Shown here: positions 54,665 through 63,629 of the stretch, one piece after another | Layout of the letters: the number at the start of each line of letters is the position of its first letter | How positions within the stretch are numbered: the stretch's first letter is position 1 | NCBI GenBank assembly: GCA_964291395.2 | Contig: OZ219856.1 | Coordinates: 608,001-672,000, forward strand | DNA from: Alphaproteobacteria bacterium | GTDB lineage: Bacteria > Pseudomonadota > Alphaproteobacteria > UBA2966 | Reading direction: 5' to 3' | DNA length: 64,000 bases | Position numbers and translations under genes: made by a program | The notes under the pieces: model-generated | The model's database searches: none | Told to the model about the DNA's origin: nothing | The model's input: the letters and a program-made list of their open reading frames with translations, nothing else

Positions 54665-55900
54665 ATGGCGCGTACAGCTGAAGAACACCTCTCTCCGCCC
54701 AGTGTTCAGAGTGACGCCTACGTCCACTCGTCCGTCTATACCGATCCGGACATCTTCGCGGAGGAAGAAGAGAAGATCCTGCGCCGCACTTGGAAATTCG
54801 TCTGCCACGTCAGCGAAGTCGCGGCGGTCGGCGACTTCCGAGCCCACCAGTGGACCGGCGTACCGCTGGTCACCGTGCGCGGCAACGATGACGGGATCCG
54901 CACCTTCGTGAACACCTGCTCGCACCGCGGCGCCAAGATCGTGCGCGAGCCGGCCGGCAACATGAAGCACATGACGTGCTTCTTCCATATGTGGGAATAC
55001 GACCTGTTCGGCAACTGCACCTATCAACCCCGCGGGGAAGCCTACGAGGAGTTGGGCCCGGCCAGGGAAGACCTCTCGCTTCGCGAGATTCGCACGGACG
55101 TTTTCGCCGGCCTCGTGTTCATCAACTTCGACGGCAACGCGGAATCGTTGCGCGACTACATCGGCGAGGCGGGGGAGCCCTTCGAGAAGATCTTCAACAA
55201 CCACGAGCTGGAGGTCTTCCACTACAACCAGACCCACGTGCGCGGGAACTGGAAGGCCTGGTATCTCACCAATTGCGACCTCTATCACGAATGGTCCCAC
55301 CTGGTGAACCGTACCACCAGCGTGTTGACTCCGGGCTATCACGACCGCCCCTGGCGGATACAGCGGAACGGCCACGGGTACAGCGCGCAGCGGATCGACG
55401 GCAGTCCGTTCCAGGTCGAGTACAAGAAATACAAGAGCTGGAAGAACCGCAACGACCTCGTGTTCGAGGGTCTGGCGCCGGGCGAGTTCCGGGTTACCGA
55501 TATTTTCCCGAATCTGTCGGTCTTCTTCCGCGCCACCTGCATCCGCCTCAACCATTCGACGCCGATCGCACCGGGTCACACGGTCATGGAGGAGCGCGGG
55601 CTCGGCATCAAGGGCGAGTCGAAGGAGGATCGCAGAATCCGCTCGAAGCAGTTCGTCCAGATCTGGGGGCCGTTCAGCCGCAACGCATCGGAGGACTGCG
55701 CCTACGTCGAGGCGACGCATGCCTGCCAGGAGAACGGAGCGAATCCCTACGACCTGATGTCCCGCGTGGAGTACTTCGACGACGGGACGCACGAGCGCAC
55801 CCACAGCGACACCTACCTGCGTCACTTCTATGGAGAGTGGGGAAGGCTCATGGGACGGCCCGCCAACAATCCCAGGAACTTCATGGCGGCGGCCGAGTAG
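54665..55900 (+). CDS. Rieske oxygenase alpha subunit, methanesulfonate monooxygenase MsmA-like (short Rieske spacer)
   Basis: CSH-x17-CFFH; EVFHY, TNCDLYHEWSH, RGLGIK, IWGPFSRN..ED, RHFYGEWG..M.R...NP...AAE, recalled as MsmA-type motifs. Confidence 0.8.
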   Translation: MARTAEEHLSPPSVQSDAYVHSSVYTDPDIFAEEEEKILRRTWKFVCHVSEVAAVGDFRAHQWTGVPLVTVRGNDDGIRTFVNTCSHRGAKIVREPAGNMKHMTCFFHMWEYDLFGNCTYQPRGEAYEELGPAREDLSLREIRTDVFAGLVFINFDGNAESLRDYIGEAGEPFEKIFNNHELEVFHYNQTHVRGNWKAWYLTNCDLYHEWSHLVNRTTSVLTPGYHDRPWRIQRNGHGYSAQRIDGSPFQVEYKKYKSWKNRNDLVFEGLAPGEFRVTDIFPNLSVFFRATCIRLNHSTPIAPGHTVMEERGLGIKGESKEDRRIRSKQFVQIWGPFSRNASEDCAYVEATHACQENGANPYDLMSRVEYFDDGTHERTHSDTYLRHFYGEWGRLMGRPANNPRNFMAAAE

Positions 55901-55958
55901 CGCTTTGAATTCCGGAGCGGGTCCCGAAGGCCCGCTCCGTCGGATTCGACTGACTGCG

Positions 55959-56417
55959 ATGACGATCACCGACGATCAGATCAGGAATTTGATCCATAAA
56001 TCGTGCCGGCTTCTCGATGCCGAGGAGTTCGACGACTACCTCGATCTCTATACGGAGGAGTTCGAGTACAGGATCACCAACTACTCCCGCGAAATCCGCA
56101 AGGAGCAGGAGTGGATGGACGTCAGCCGGGGCGAAATGAAGGGGCTGCTGGCCAACGTGCCCCTGCACTTTCGTTTGCTCGGCAGCTTCATGCGTCACGC
56201 CACGGTCTACGAGATCGAGCGCGACGGCGCCGATACCGCCAAGGCGCTCACGTACGTGACCATCTATTACACGACACCCGAGGGCGCGACGAGCGTCTGG
56301 GCGGTCGGTCGCTACCACGACGTGATCGACGTCTCCGGAGATACGCCGCTGATCGCCGATCGGAACATGAAGCTCGAGACCCGCGAGGTGGGCATCGGCA
56401 CCCATCTGCCGATGTAG
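55959..56417 (+). CDS. Oxygenase beta subunit, MsmB-like
   Basis: LI.KSC.LLD...F..Y....YS.EIRK...W...RHATVY...AVGRYHD.ID.SG..P...LETR..GIG.H.P. Confidence 0.78.
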   Translation: MTITDDQIRNLIHKSCRLLDAEEFDDYLDLYTEEFEYRITNYSREIRKEQEWMDVSRGEMKGLLANVPLHFRLLGSFMRHATVYEIERDGADTAKALTYVTIYYTTPEGATSVWAVGRYHDVIDVSGDTPLIADRNMKLETREVGIGTHLPM

Positions 56418-56537
56418 ACGCCGGCGCGCAGGCGCTTCAGGATGACGTCGCGCTCAGGCTCGGCCGCCGCTCGTAGGCCAAGGCTGCCGTGCCGCCGTCA
56501 TGCCGGCGGCAGTTGAATTCAGTGGGAGGGTGATCCG

Positions 56538-56969
56538 GTGAAACCGACCGAACGCATGGAGATGGAGTGGGAGCTGCGGCGCCTCAACGACGACTACGTC
56601 CGCTACGCCGACAGGCAGGATTTCGATTCGTTCGTCACCCTGTTCACGGGGGATGCCGTGCTCGAGATCGGCGGCGTCGAGCGCCATGGCCACGACGCCA
56701 TCAAGGGTCATTTCGCCGATCGCGAACAGATGGTGACTCGCCACTTCTGCACCAATTACTGGTACGAGCCGGTCGACAAGGACACGGCCCGGGGCGAGGT
56801 CTACCTCGCCGTCTATCGCTGTGCGGGTCCGCACACCGAGGCCGACGGCCCGATCCCCTATGACCGGCCCGACTGGATCGGTGAGTATCACGACACGTAC
56901 GTGCGCACGGCCGACGGCTGGAAGTTCTCCGAACGCCGCCTCAGGGTCCGCTTCGAGAAGGTGCCGTAG
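56538..56969 (+). CDS. SnoaL-like / NTF2 family protein
   Basis: Y.RYAD......LFTGDA...TRHFCTN...GEYHDTYVRTADGWKFSER. Confidence 0.85.
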   Translation: MKPTERMEMEWELRRLNDDYVRYADRQDFDSFVTLFTGDAVLEIGGVERHGHDAIKGHFADREQMVTRHFCTNYWYEPVDKDTARGEVYLAVYRCAGPHTEADGPIPYDRPDWIGEYHDTYVRTADGWKFSERRLRVRFEKVP

Positions 56970-57024
56970 GGATCGGGCTCGGCGGCCCGCCTCCCTTCTC
57001 CGGTGCTCCGGCGGTCGTGCCGGC

Positions 57025-58344
57025 CTAGCGCACCGCCTGCTTGGGGATCTCCTTCTTCGGGTCCTTGAAGGGCACCGGAACGACTTCCGCATCCACGGGC
57101 CCGTCTTCGGCCGGCAGCACCGCCTTCAGCCGGGTGCCGGTCCTGGCGTAGGCGGCGGGCAGGGTCGCGAGGGCGATGTTGGTGTTGTGGGTCGGCGACC
57201 AGAAGGCGCTGGTGATGTAACCGATCTCCTGGCCCGAGCGGCTGGTCACGTACCAGAAATCCTCGTTGTACCAGGTGATGGGGCTGCCCCCGATCTTCAG
57301 GCCGGCGAGCTTCTGCTTCACGCCCGTCTTCTTGATCTTCTGAAGCGCCGACTTGCCGATGAAGTCGTCCTTCGAGAAATCGACCTGCCAGCCGAGGCCG
57401 ACCTCGAACGGGTTGGTCTCGATGTCCATGTCCTGGCCGTAGGACAGGATGCCGGCTTCCAGGCGGCGGATGTGGCTCGGGGCGATGACCCGCAGGTTGT
57501 ACTGCTCGCCCGCTCTCTTGATCGCGTGCCACATCTCGTCGGCATGGCGTGTGGCATCGCGCAGGTAGATCTCGTAGCCGACCTCGCCGGAGAACCCCGT
57601 TCGTGAGATCACGACCTTCGACCGACCGAGTCTGGCGTGCATCAGGCCGTAATAGGGGATGTTGAGGACCTTGCGCCCGAACAGCTTGGTCATCAGCTTG
57701 ACGGACTTGGGACCCTGGATCTGCACCGGCGAGACGTCGATCTCCCTGATCGTCACGTCGTGGCCCGAAAAGGCGTTGACGCCCTGCGCCCACAGCAAAA
57801 CGTCCGAATCCGAGATGCTGAACCAGAATTCGTCCTCCGCGACCCGCAGCAGCACCGGGTCGTTGATGATGCCGCCCTCGTGATTGCAGAGGATGACGTA
57901 GCGACACATGTTCGTCGGCAGCTTCTTGTGGACGTCGCGGGTGATCAGCAGGTTCACGAACTCCGCGGCGTCCGGCCCCTTGACCTGTATCTGCCGCTCC
58001 ACCGCGACGTTCCACATCGTCACGTGCCTGGTGAGGTATTCGTACTCCTTCATCAAGCCGCCCTGCATCATGCTGACGTAGGCCCGCGGATGATACATGT
58101 GGTTGTAGACGGTGTAGGCCCAGCAGCCTTCCTGATGGGAGAGGTGCCAGTAGGGGCTCTTGCGAGCCCGGGTCGAGATCAGCATGCGGGCTTCGCTGTT
58201 GCCGCTCTGGCGCAGGTTGACGGGAACGCTGCGCTTCTTGATATCGATGACCGGCGGACGCTTGACCTTGGGTTTGCGGGCGGTCTTCGGTGCCCTGACG
58301 GTCTTGGCTGTGGAAGATTCGAGAAGCATGGATCTTGGTGCCAT
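57025..58344 (-). CDS. GcvT-family aminomethyltransferase / THF-dependent demethylase (DmdA-like clade)
   Basis: TVYNHMYHP, WNVAVERQIQVKGPDA, NDPVLLRV, WFSISDSD, SRTGFSGEVGYEIY, RLEAGILSYG, PFKDP motifs. Confidence 0.85.
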   Translation of the reverse strand: MAPRSMLLESSTAKTVRAPKTARKPKVKRPPVIDIKKRSVPVNLRQSGNSEARMLISTRARKSPYWHLSHQEGCWAYTVYNHMYHPRAYVSMMQGGLMKEYEYLTRHVTMWNVAVERQIQVKGPDAAEFVNLLITRDVHKKLPTNMCRYVILCNHEGGIINDPVLLRVAEDEFWFSISDSDVLLWAQGVNAFSGHDVTIREIDVSPVQIQGPKSVKLMTKLFGRKVLNIPYYGLMHARLGRSKVVISRTGFSGEVGYEIYLRDATRHADEMWHAIKRAGEQYNLRVIAPSHIRRLEAGILSYGQDMDIETNPFEVGLGWQVDFSKDDFIGKSALQKIKKTGVKQKLAGLKIGGSPITWYNEDFWYVTSRSGQEIGYITSAFWSPTHNTNIALATLPAAYARTGTRLKAVLPAEDGPVDAEVVPVPFKDPKKEIPKQAVR

Positions 58345-58537
58345 GGCGACGACCCCTGTGAACGACGGACATTCTGGACTCGGAAGGGACGCGCGACCGC
58401 GCGTCCCTTTCCTGTCGTTCGAAATATCCGCTGCCCCGGTGCCGGCGTCTGTTCCCGGCGCGACACGCGGGGCGCCAGGAACAGCACAAACGCGACGAGT
58501 CCGGCAGGAGCGATCGGCTCGAGCGGGGACCCGCTGC

Positions 58538-58588
58538 GCAGGGGGCGGAATTCGCCGACGGACGTGCGTCCCGCCCGCCGTCGCGCTA
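58538..58588. repeat. 51-bp structured direct repeat, copy 1 (includes the vapC stop codon)
   Basis: gcagggggcggaattcgccgacggacgtgcgtcccgcccgccgtcgcgcta; 49/51 identical to 59484-59534. Confidence 0.9.
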
Positions 58589-59002
58589 CGCGCCGCCGGG
58601 TGCATCCAGCCCGACGGCCTGTGCCGCAGCGGCCAGCGTCCGGTCCAGGGTCGCAAGGGGCAGCCGCATGCGCAGCGCGAGCTCGAGATACATGGCATCG
58701 TAGACGGAGAGGCTGTGCTCGCCGGCGAGAGCGAGCGCCGGACCCCATGCGCGGGATGCGGATACGGGGTCGATCTCGATGGGCAGCGCTTCCAGACTGG
58801 CGCACACGGCAGGCCACTCGTCCGCGCGAAGGCGGCCGCGTTTGGTAGCTGCGAGCAGCACACTGCCGACCTCGACCGGCCAGAGGGAGGGGACGAAGGC
58901 GCGGTCGTCGATGAGCGAGTCCCGCAAGCGGGCCGTCGCCTCGGTCGCCTCGTCGGGGAACACCCATGCCATGGCGACCGAGCAGTCGAGGACGAAGGGC
59001 AT
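58586..59002 (-). CDS. vapC: VapC PIN-domain toxin
   Basis: FVLDCSVAMAW.F.DE, VPSLW..EV, YDAMYLELA, LATLD motifs. Confidence 0.9.
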   Translation of the reverse strand: MPFVLDCSVAMAWVFPDEATEATARLRDSLIDDRAFVPSLWPVEVGSVLLAATKRGRLRADEWPAVCASLEALPIEIDPVSASRAWGPALALAGEHSLSVYDAMYLELALRMRLPLATLDRTLAAAAQAVGLDAPGGA

Positions 59003-59253
59003 CAGTACCTGCGCGCTTCCTCGACGATGCGGCGCACCGACAGTCCTCCGAGGCTGTGGGTCTCCTGGAACGCTCTCAGGGTGTCGATCGCGCTCCGCAC
59101 CTTGGCGGCATCGCGCTGCCGGAAGGGAATGAGTTCGGCCACCGGGCGGCTGTGCCTGGTGATGACGAAGCGTTCGCCCGCCTCGACGCGCTGGAGCAGC
59201 TTGGGCAAATGGGTCTTGGCCTCGAATGCGCCGATCTCGGACACGGCATGCAC
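59002..59253 (-). CDS. Phd/YefM family antitoxin
   Basis: IGAFEAKTHLPKLLQRVEAGERFVITRHSRPVAEL; translationally coupled to vapC. Confidence 0.92.
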   Translation of the reverse strand: MHAVSEIGAFEAKTHLPKLLQRVEAGERFVITRHSRPVAELIPFRQRDAAKVRSAIDTLRAFQETHSLGGLSVRRIVEEARRY

Positions 59254-59276
59254 CTCCTGAATAACGTTCCGTTCAC

Positions 59277-59293
59277 ACCAGTCTCAGACTGGT
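59277..59293. promoter_or_regulatory. Palindromic TA operator
   Basis: ACCAGTCT-C-AGACTGGT perfect inverted repeat upstream of the antitoxin. Confidence 0.65.
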
Positions 59294-59460
59294 CCAAAGA
59301 GGTGTCGCGGTCAAGTGACCAGCTTGCCCATTCAGAGATGGTGGCGGGCCGTCATTCCTGTCGGCTGAATTGCAGGGTCGTCTTCAGTAGCCAGGCAAAC
59401 TGGCAGGGTTTGACGTCGATCTCGTCGGCGCGGCGGCGCTTCGCGTGGCTGTCGTAGAAT

Positions 59461-59534
59461 GGGCGGAATTCGCCGACGGACGTGCAGGGGGCGGAATTCG
59501 CCGACGGACGTGCGTCCCGCCCGTCGTCACGCTA
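59461..59534. repeat. 51-bp direct repeat copy 2 (59484-59534) plus 25-bp tandem partial copy (59461-59485)
   Basis: gggcggaattcgccgacggacgtgc is repeated in tandem, followed by the rest of the full unit. Confidence 0.9.
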
Positions 59535-59561
59535 TTCTGAAGATGCACCGGGAGGTAGAAA

Positions 59562-59966
59562 ATGACTGACTCCGGCTTCGTCGTGGACCGCCCCGACGTC
59601 AAGGGCTTCGGGGCGCCGGTTGCCGACTACAGTTCCGTCGTCGGCGTGCGCGGGGGCCGTATTCTCTTCATCGCCGGCAAGGGGCCCGTCGACGAGAACG
59701 GCGTGACCGTGAGCGACGACGTGGAAACCCAGATCCGGCAGGCCATGGCCAACATGAGGGCGGCTCTCGAGGTCGCGGGCGCCGGGCTCGAGCACGTCGT
59801 CAAGGTCAACGCCTACTTCACGACCAAGGCTGCCGTTCCCTTCTGGAAGCAGGTCCGGCTGGAGAATTTTCCGGTCGATTTTCCGGCGGCTACCGCGGTG
59901 ATCGTCGCCGGTCTCGCGGTCGACGACTGGCAGGTCGAGATCGAGGCCTACGCGGCGGTCCCCTGA
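59562..59966 (+). CDS. RidA/YjgF family protein
   Basis: YS, LFIAG, Q..Q...N....L..AG.....VVKVN, PAATAV.V..L......VEIEA; GGAGGT RBS. Confidence 0.88.
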   Translation: MTDSGFVVDRPDVKGFGAPVADYSSVVGVRGGRILFIAGKGPVDENGVTVSDDVETQIRQAMANMRAALEVAGAGLEHVVKVNAYFTTKAAVPFWKQVRLENFPVDFPAATAVIVAGLAVDDWQVEIEAYAAVP

Positions 59967-60111
59967 GCGGCGCCGACGGGTCCGGGCCTCGCCGGATCGG
60001 CGTTTGGATTTCCGGGGAGGTTCGAGTAAAACCGGAACCGTTCCGGCGGAACGGCGGCGGCGATGTCGACGCCGCCGTCGCGGGCAGAGTAGCGAACCGG
60101 AGGGACCACGC

Positions 60112-61563
60112 ATGAGCACGCAATCCGACGACGCCCATCCCGGCTTCAGCCGCGGCGGGGGCCAGGCCTACAGGGGCTACGAGAAGACCGGGGTCCTGCC
60201 CGAGGATGCCGAGCTGACGCATACCGATCCGGGAACGCCCATGGGCGCTCTCATGCGCCGCTTCTGGCAGCCGGTGTGCCTGTCCGAGGAGTTGACCGAC
60301 GTGCCGCGCGCGATTCGCATCCTGGGCGAGGACCTCGTGGCGTTCCGCGACAAGTCGGGGCGCGTCGGCGTTCTCCACCGGCACTGCGCCCACCGCGGCG
60401 CCTCGCTGGAGTACGGGATCATCCAGGAGACCGGCATCCGGTGCTGCTACCACGGCTTTCATTGGAACGTGGACGGGACTCTCCTCGATGTGCCCGGCGA
60501 GCCGGACGGCGGCGAGCGCATGTCCGGGATCGTCGGCCAGGGCGCCTATCCCGCGTTCGAGCGCTACGGCATGGTGTTCGCCTACATGGGCGACTACGAG
60601 GAGATGCCGAGGTTCCCGGACTGGGAGTTCTTCCGCACCTACGGGGACCTGGAGTTCGCCTCCTACTCCAACATCTACCCGTGCAACTGGCTTCAGGTGT
60701 TCGACAACATCCCCGACCAGATGCACACCTCCCAGCTCCACAGCCCGCACATGCGCGTGATCGGCGACGACGACGACGGGAGCTATCCGGCGACCGCCTT
60801 CAATCCGGTCTTCGCGCAGATTCCGGTCATGGAATACGCCTCGGTCCGCGACGACACGGCGATGATCTTCAGCGCCGGGCGCCGGGTGGGCCGGGACAGG
60901 GTCTGGGTGCGTCTCAACGACGTCATCCTGCCGAACCTCACTCTCCATCCCTATACCGCCGAGGATGGGCGCGAAGCCCGCTACTTCCATCGCGTCTACA
61001 TGGCGCGCTGGTACGTCCCCGTCGACGACGAGAACAGCATCGTCTTCGGCATCCGCATGTTCGGCGAGTCGGTCGACCCCTTCGGCGTGGGCGACAAGTC
61101 CAAGTGCGGATACGACATGGCCGACTTCCTCGACGGGCAGACCGGCGCGCGGCCCCGCGAGGTGGCGCAGCGCCTGCCCGGCGACTGGGATGCCGTGACC
61201 AGCCAGCGGCGGATCGCCCGGCACGCGATGGAGAACCCGACCAAGGAGGACGTCGGGGTCTACATGAACCGGAAGAACCTGCGCCAGGCCGTTCGCGGCG
61301 AGAACCCGTACATGGCGCAGGAGGCCGTTCACGCGCGCGCCAACGCCGGTCGGCGGAACTACGTCTACACCAACAACACGGTGCTGGACATCCCGGTGCA
61401 GGACGGCCGGGACGACGGCGAGCTCGTTCGCGAGGTCTGCCGGAAGGTGCTGGAGATCGCGGTCGCGGGCGACGCCCACGAGGGCGCCGAGCGCGACGCC
61501 TTCATCGAAGGCGCGCTGAGGGACTACGAGCGGTCCTTCGCCGCCGCCGCGGCGGCGGAGTAG
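60112..61563 (+). CDS. Rieske non-heme iron oxygenase alpha (phthalate 4,5-dioxygenase-like family)
   Basis: PGTPMG.LMRRFWQPV, HCAHRGASL...CCYHG, CNWLQV.DN..D.MH....H. Confidence 0.88.
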   Translation: MSTQSDDAHPGFSRGGGQAYRGYEKTGVLPEDAELTHTDPGTPMGALMRRFWQPVCLSEELTDVPRAIRILGEDLVAFRDKSGRVGVLHRHCAHRGASLEYGIIQETGIRCCYHGFHWNVDGTLLDVPGEPDGGERMSGIVGQGAYPAFERYGMVFAYMGDYEEMPRFPDWEFFRTYGDLEFASYSNIYPCNWLQVFDNIPDQMHTSQLHSPHMRVIGDDDDGSYPATAFNPVFAQIPVMEYASVRDDTAMIFSAGRRVGRDRVWVRLNDVILPNLTLHPYTAEDGREARYFHRVYMARWYVPVDDENSIVFGIRMFGESVDPFGVGDKSKCGYDMADFLDGQTGARPREVAQRLPGDWDAVTSQRRIARHAMENPTKEDVGVYMNRKNLRQAVRGENPYMAQEAVHARANAGRRNYVYTNNTVLDIPVQDGRDDGELVREVCRKVLEIAVAGDAHEGAERDAFIEGALRDYERSFAAAAAAE

Positions 61564-61574
61564 GAGCCGGAATT

Positions 61575-61609
61575 CGTTCGGGGTCGGACCTCGGGTACGA
61601 CCCCGAACG
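61575..61609. terminator. Hairpin between convergent genes
   Basis: cgttcggggtcg / cgaccccgaacg 12-bp stem. Confidence 0.65.
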
Positions 61610-61611
61610 TT

Positions 61612-62517
61612 CTACCCGCCGTCCAGCTCGCGGACCAGGTCGGCGACCGCCTGTCCGATCTCGTCGGGGCTGTCTTCCTGGACGTAGTGGACTCCCGGAA
61701 CGACGATCTCCCGCGTATTGGGCAGATTGCGGCAGAAGTCGATGCGCGGCCCCTGGATGAGGCCGCCCGGCCGGCCCCGGATGAAGACCTTGGGGAGCCG
61801 CGTCTCCTGGAGCCACGCGGCGTTGGCCTCCACCGTGGCGACGACGTCGGCCGGCTCGCCCGAGATCGGCAGGTTGCGCGCCCAGGTCAGCGTCGGGCGC
61901 CGGCCTTCTCCCGGTTCGGCGAAGGGCCGGCGGTAGGCGTCCATCTCCTCTTCGGTGACCCGGCGCAGGGTGCGCGAGGGGATGCGGGTCTCCACGAACA
62001 TGTTCTCCTCGAGGATCATCCGCTCGCCCTCGGGAGAGCGCAGGCGTTCGAACCAGCGGCGCGTGGAGTCGGCGTCCTCGGGGTTCTCGGGGAATTCCTC
62101 CCAGGTGAAGGGGGTCACGATGGCCTCGAAGTGGACGATCCCGCCCATGCGGCCGGCGTGGCGGCGCGCCCAGTCGAAGGCCAGCACCGAGCCCCAGTCC
62201 TGCCCCACCATGACGACCCCGTCGCCGAGGTCGAGCGCGTCGAGCAACCCGTCGAGATACTCCCGGTGGACGGCATACCGGTAGGCCTCGTCGTCGGACG
62301 ACGGCAGCTTGTCCGACTCCCCCATGCCGATGAGGTCCGGCGCGATGCAGCGCGCCACGGATGCCACGGGCGGGATGACGTTCCGCCACAGGTAGGATGA
62401 CGTCGGGTTCCCGTGCAGGAACACCACGGGCCTCCCGGCCCCGGTCTCGACGCAGGCCATGGAGCGGCCGAGGACGGTGACGCGCCGGCGCGGGTGAGGG
62501 TCCCCGGTCGAGATCAC
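61612..62517 (-). CDS. Haloalkane dehalogenase (HLD-II / LinB-DhaA-like)
   Basis: FLHGNPTSSYLWRN, APDLIGMGES, QDWGS nucleophile, EAIV acid, HYVQED base. GTG start overlaps the upstream TGA. Confidence 0.88.
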   Translation of the reverse strand: MISTGDPHPRRRVTVLGRSMACVETGAGRPVVFLHGNPTSSYLWRNVIPPVASVARCIAPDLIGMGESDKLPSSDDEAYRYAVHREYLDGLLDALDLGDGVVMVGQDWGSVLAFDWARRHAGRMGGIVHFEAIVTPFTWEEFPENPEDADSTRRWFERLRSPEGERMILEENMFVETRIPSRTLRRVTEEEMDAYRRPFAEPGEGRRPTLTWARNLPISGEPADVVATVEANAAWLQETRLPKVFIRGRPGGLIQGPRIDFCRNLPNTREIVVPGVHYVQEDSPDEIGQAVADLVRELDGG

Positions 62518-63230
62518 TCCTGCACGAACTCCTCGACGCGCGGCTGGATCTCGTCCCAGGCCTTCGACTCGTCGCCGTGGAAACGGTCGTCGTCGGGGGT
62601 CTTGTAGGCGAAGATGTTCTCCGGCTCGACGATGGTGTAGTCGTAGTAGCCGAGGCGCCCCACCGGCCGCAGCTTCCTCATGTCGATCAGCCCCTCGTCG
62701 GTGATCACCTCGTCGGCGACGTGGATCTGGACGACGTGGCCGATGACTATCGCGGCCCGACTGCCGTCCTGCGGCGTGGGCATGTCGATGGTCTGTATGT
62801 GCTTGCATTCCATGGCGATCGGAGAGTCCTTCAGGCGCGGCGGCCCGACCTTCTCGCACGGCACGCCCTCCAGCCCGGCCTCCTTCATCTCGTCGAAGCT
62901 CCGGGGCGAATGCTTGGATGTGACGACCATCTGGTCGAGGAGCTCGGCCGTGCACATGTTGTAGACGAACTCGCCGGTGTCCTCGGCGTTGGTGAGCGAG
63001 TCCTTGCTTTCCCGGGTTCCCGGCTTGAAGTAGTTGGGGCAGAAGATGACGCAGGGCGGGGAACCGCTGACCTGCGCGAAGAAGCTGAACGGTGCCAGGT
63101 TGAAGTCGCCGTCCGGGCTCACCGTGCTGATCCAGCCGATCGGCCGCGGCACCACGAGGGCGTTGTAGACCGTGTGTTTGAACGGCGGCGGACGCATGCC
63201 GACTTCGTTCGGATCGAAATGCACCATCAT
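62514..63230 (-). CDS. Flavin reductase family (FMN-binding split barrel) protein
   Basis: VVPRPIGWIST, NLAPFSFF, KDSLTN, MECK, RLGY.DY motifs. Confidence 0.88.
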   Translation of the reverse strand: MMVHFDPNEVGMRPPPFKHTVYNALVVPRPIGWISTVSPDGDFNLAPFSFFAQVSGSPPCVIFCPNYFKPGTRESKDSLTNAEDTGEFVYNMCTAELLDQMVVTSKHSPRSFDEMKEAGLEGVPCEKVGPPRLKDSPIAMECKHIQTIDMPTPQDGSRAAIVIGHVVQIHVADEVITDEGLIDMRKLRPVGRLGYYDYTIVEPENIFAYKTPDDDRFHGDESKAWDEIQPRVEEFVQE

Positions 63231-63629
63231 GCTGCTCCCGAAGTTCGCTTGTGCGCGGCGTTTATAGGCCAACAGCGGCGAGAAGTCAGCCATGTCGACG
63301 TAATGATTCGTGGACCGACGGCGAAGACGCCGGAGCCACGACGGACGAGCGCGGCAGGGCGAAGCTCAAGGGCCTGCGAAAGTCCATCAGCGGCCGCAAC
63401 GCGGTCTGAGCGCCCACGACCCGCGCCAGAGTCGGACCCGAGGTCCGGCGCGACTCCGTTTCGGACTTCATCATGTCGATACGATCGTGCGTGCTCTCGC
63501 CCCCCTTTGTGAGCCGGTCGACATATCCTTCCGGATCCGGTCGATGCCGCGCGGTTGCGGGTGATCCGACGCGCTATCCGGATAAGGCGCCGGAGGCTCC
63601 GCCCGAGCCGGAGGCGAATTGCCGCACTG

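Noticed and set aside
54665-58344. Assigning gene symbols msmA/msmB/dmdA
   Set aside because: Similarity is family-level by recall only; the diagnostic long Rieske spacer is absent and orthology cannot be shown without alignment.
58538-59534. Repeats as a CRISPR array or integron attC sites
   Set aside because: Only two full copies about 900 bp apart, no spacer periodicity, no cas or intI genes, and no attC core motifs.
61612-62517. Renilla-type luciferase
   Set aside because: Same fold, but the haloalkane dehalogenase pentad including HGNP Asn is present and nothing supports luciferase function.
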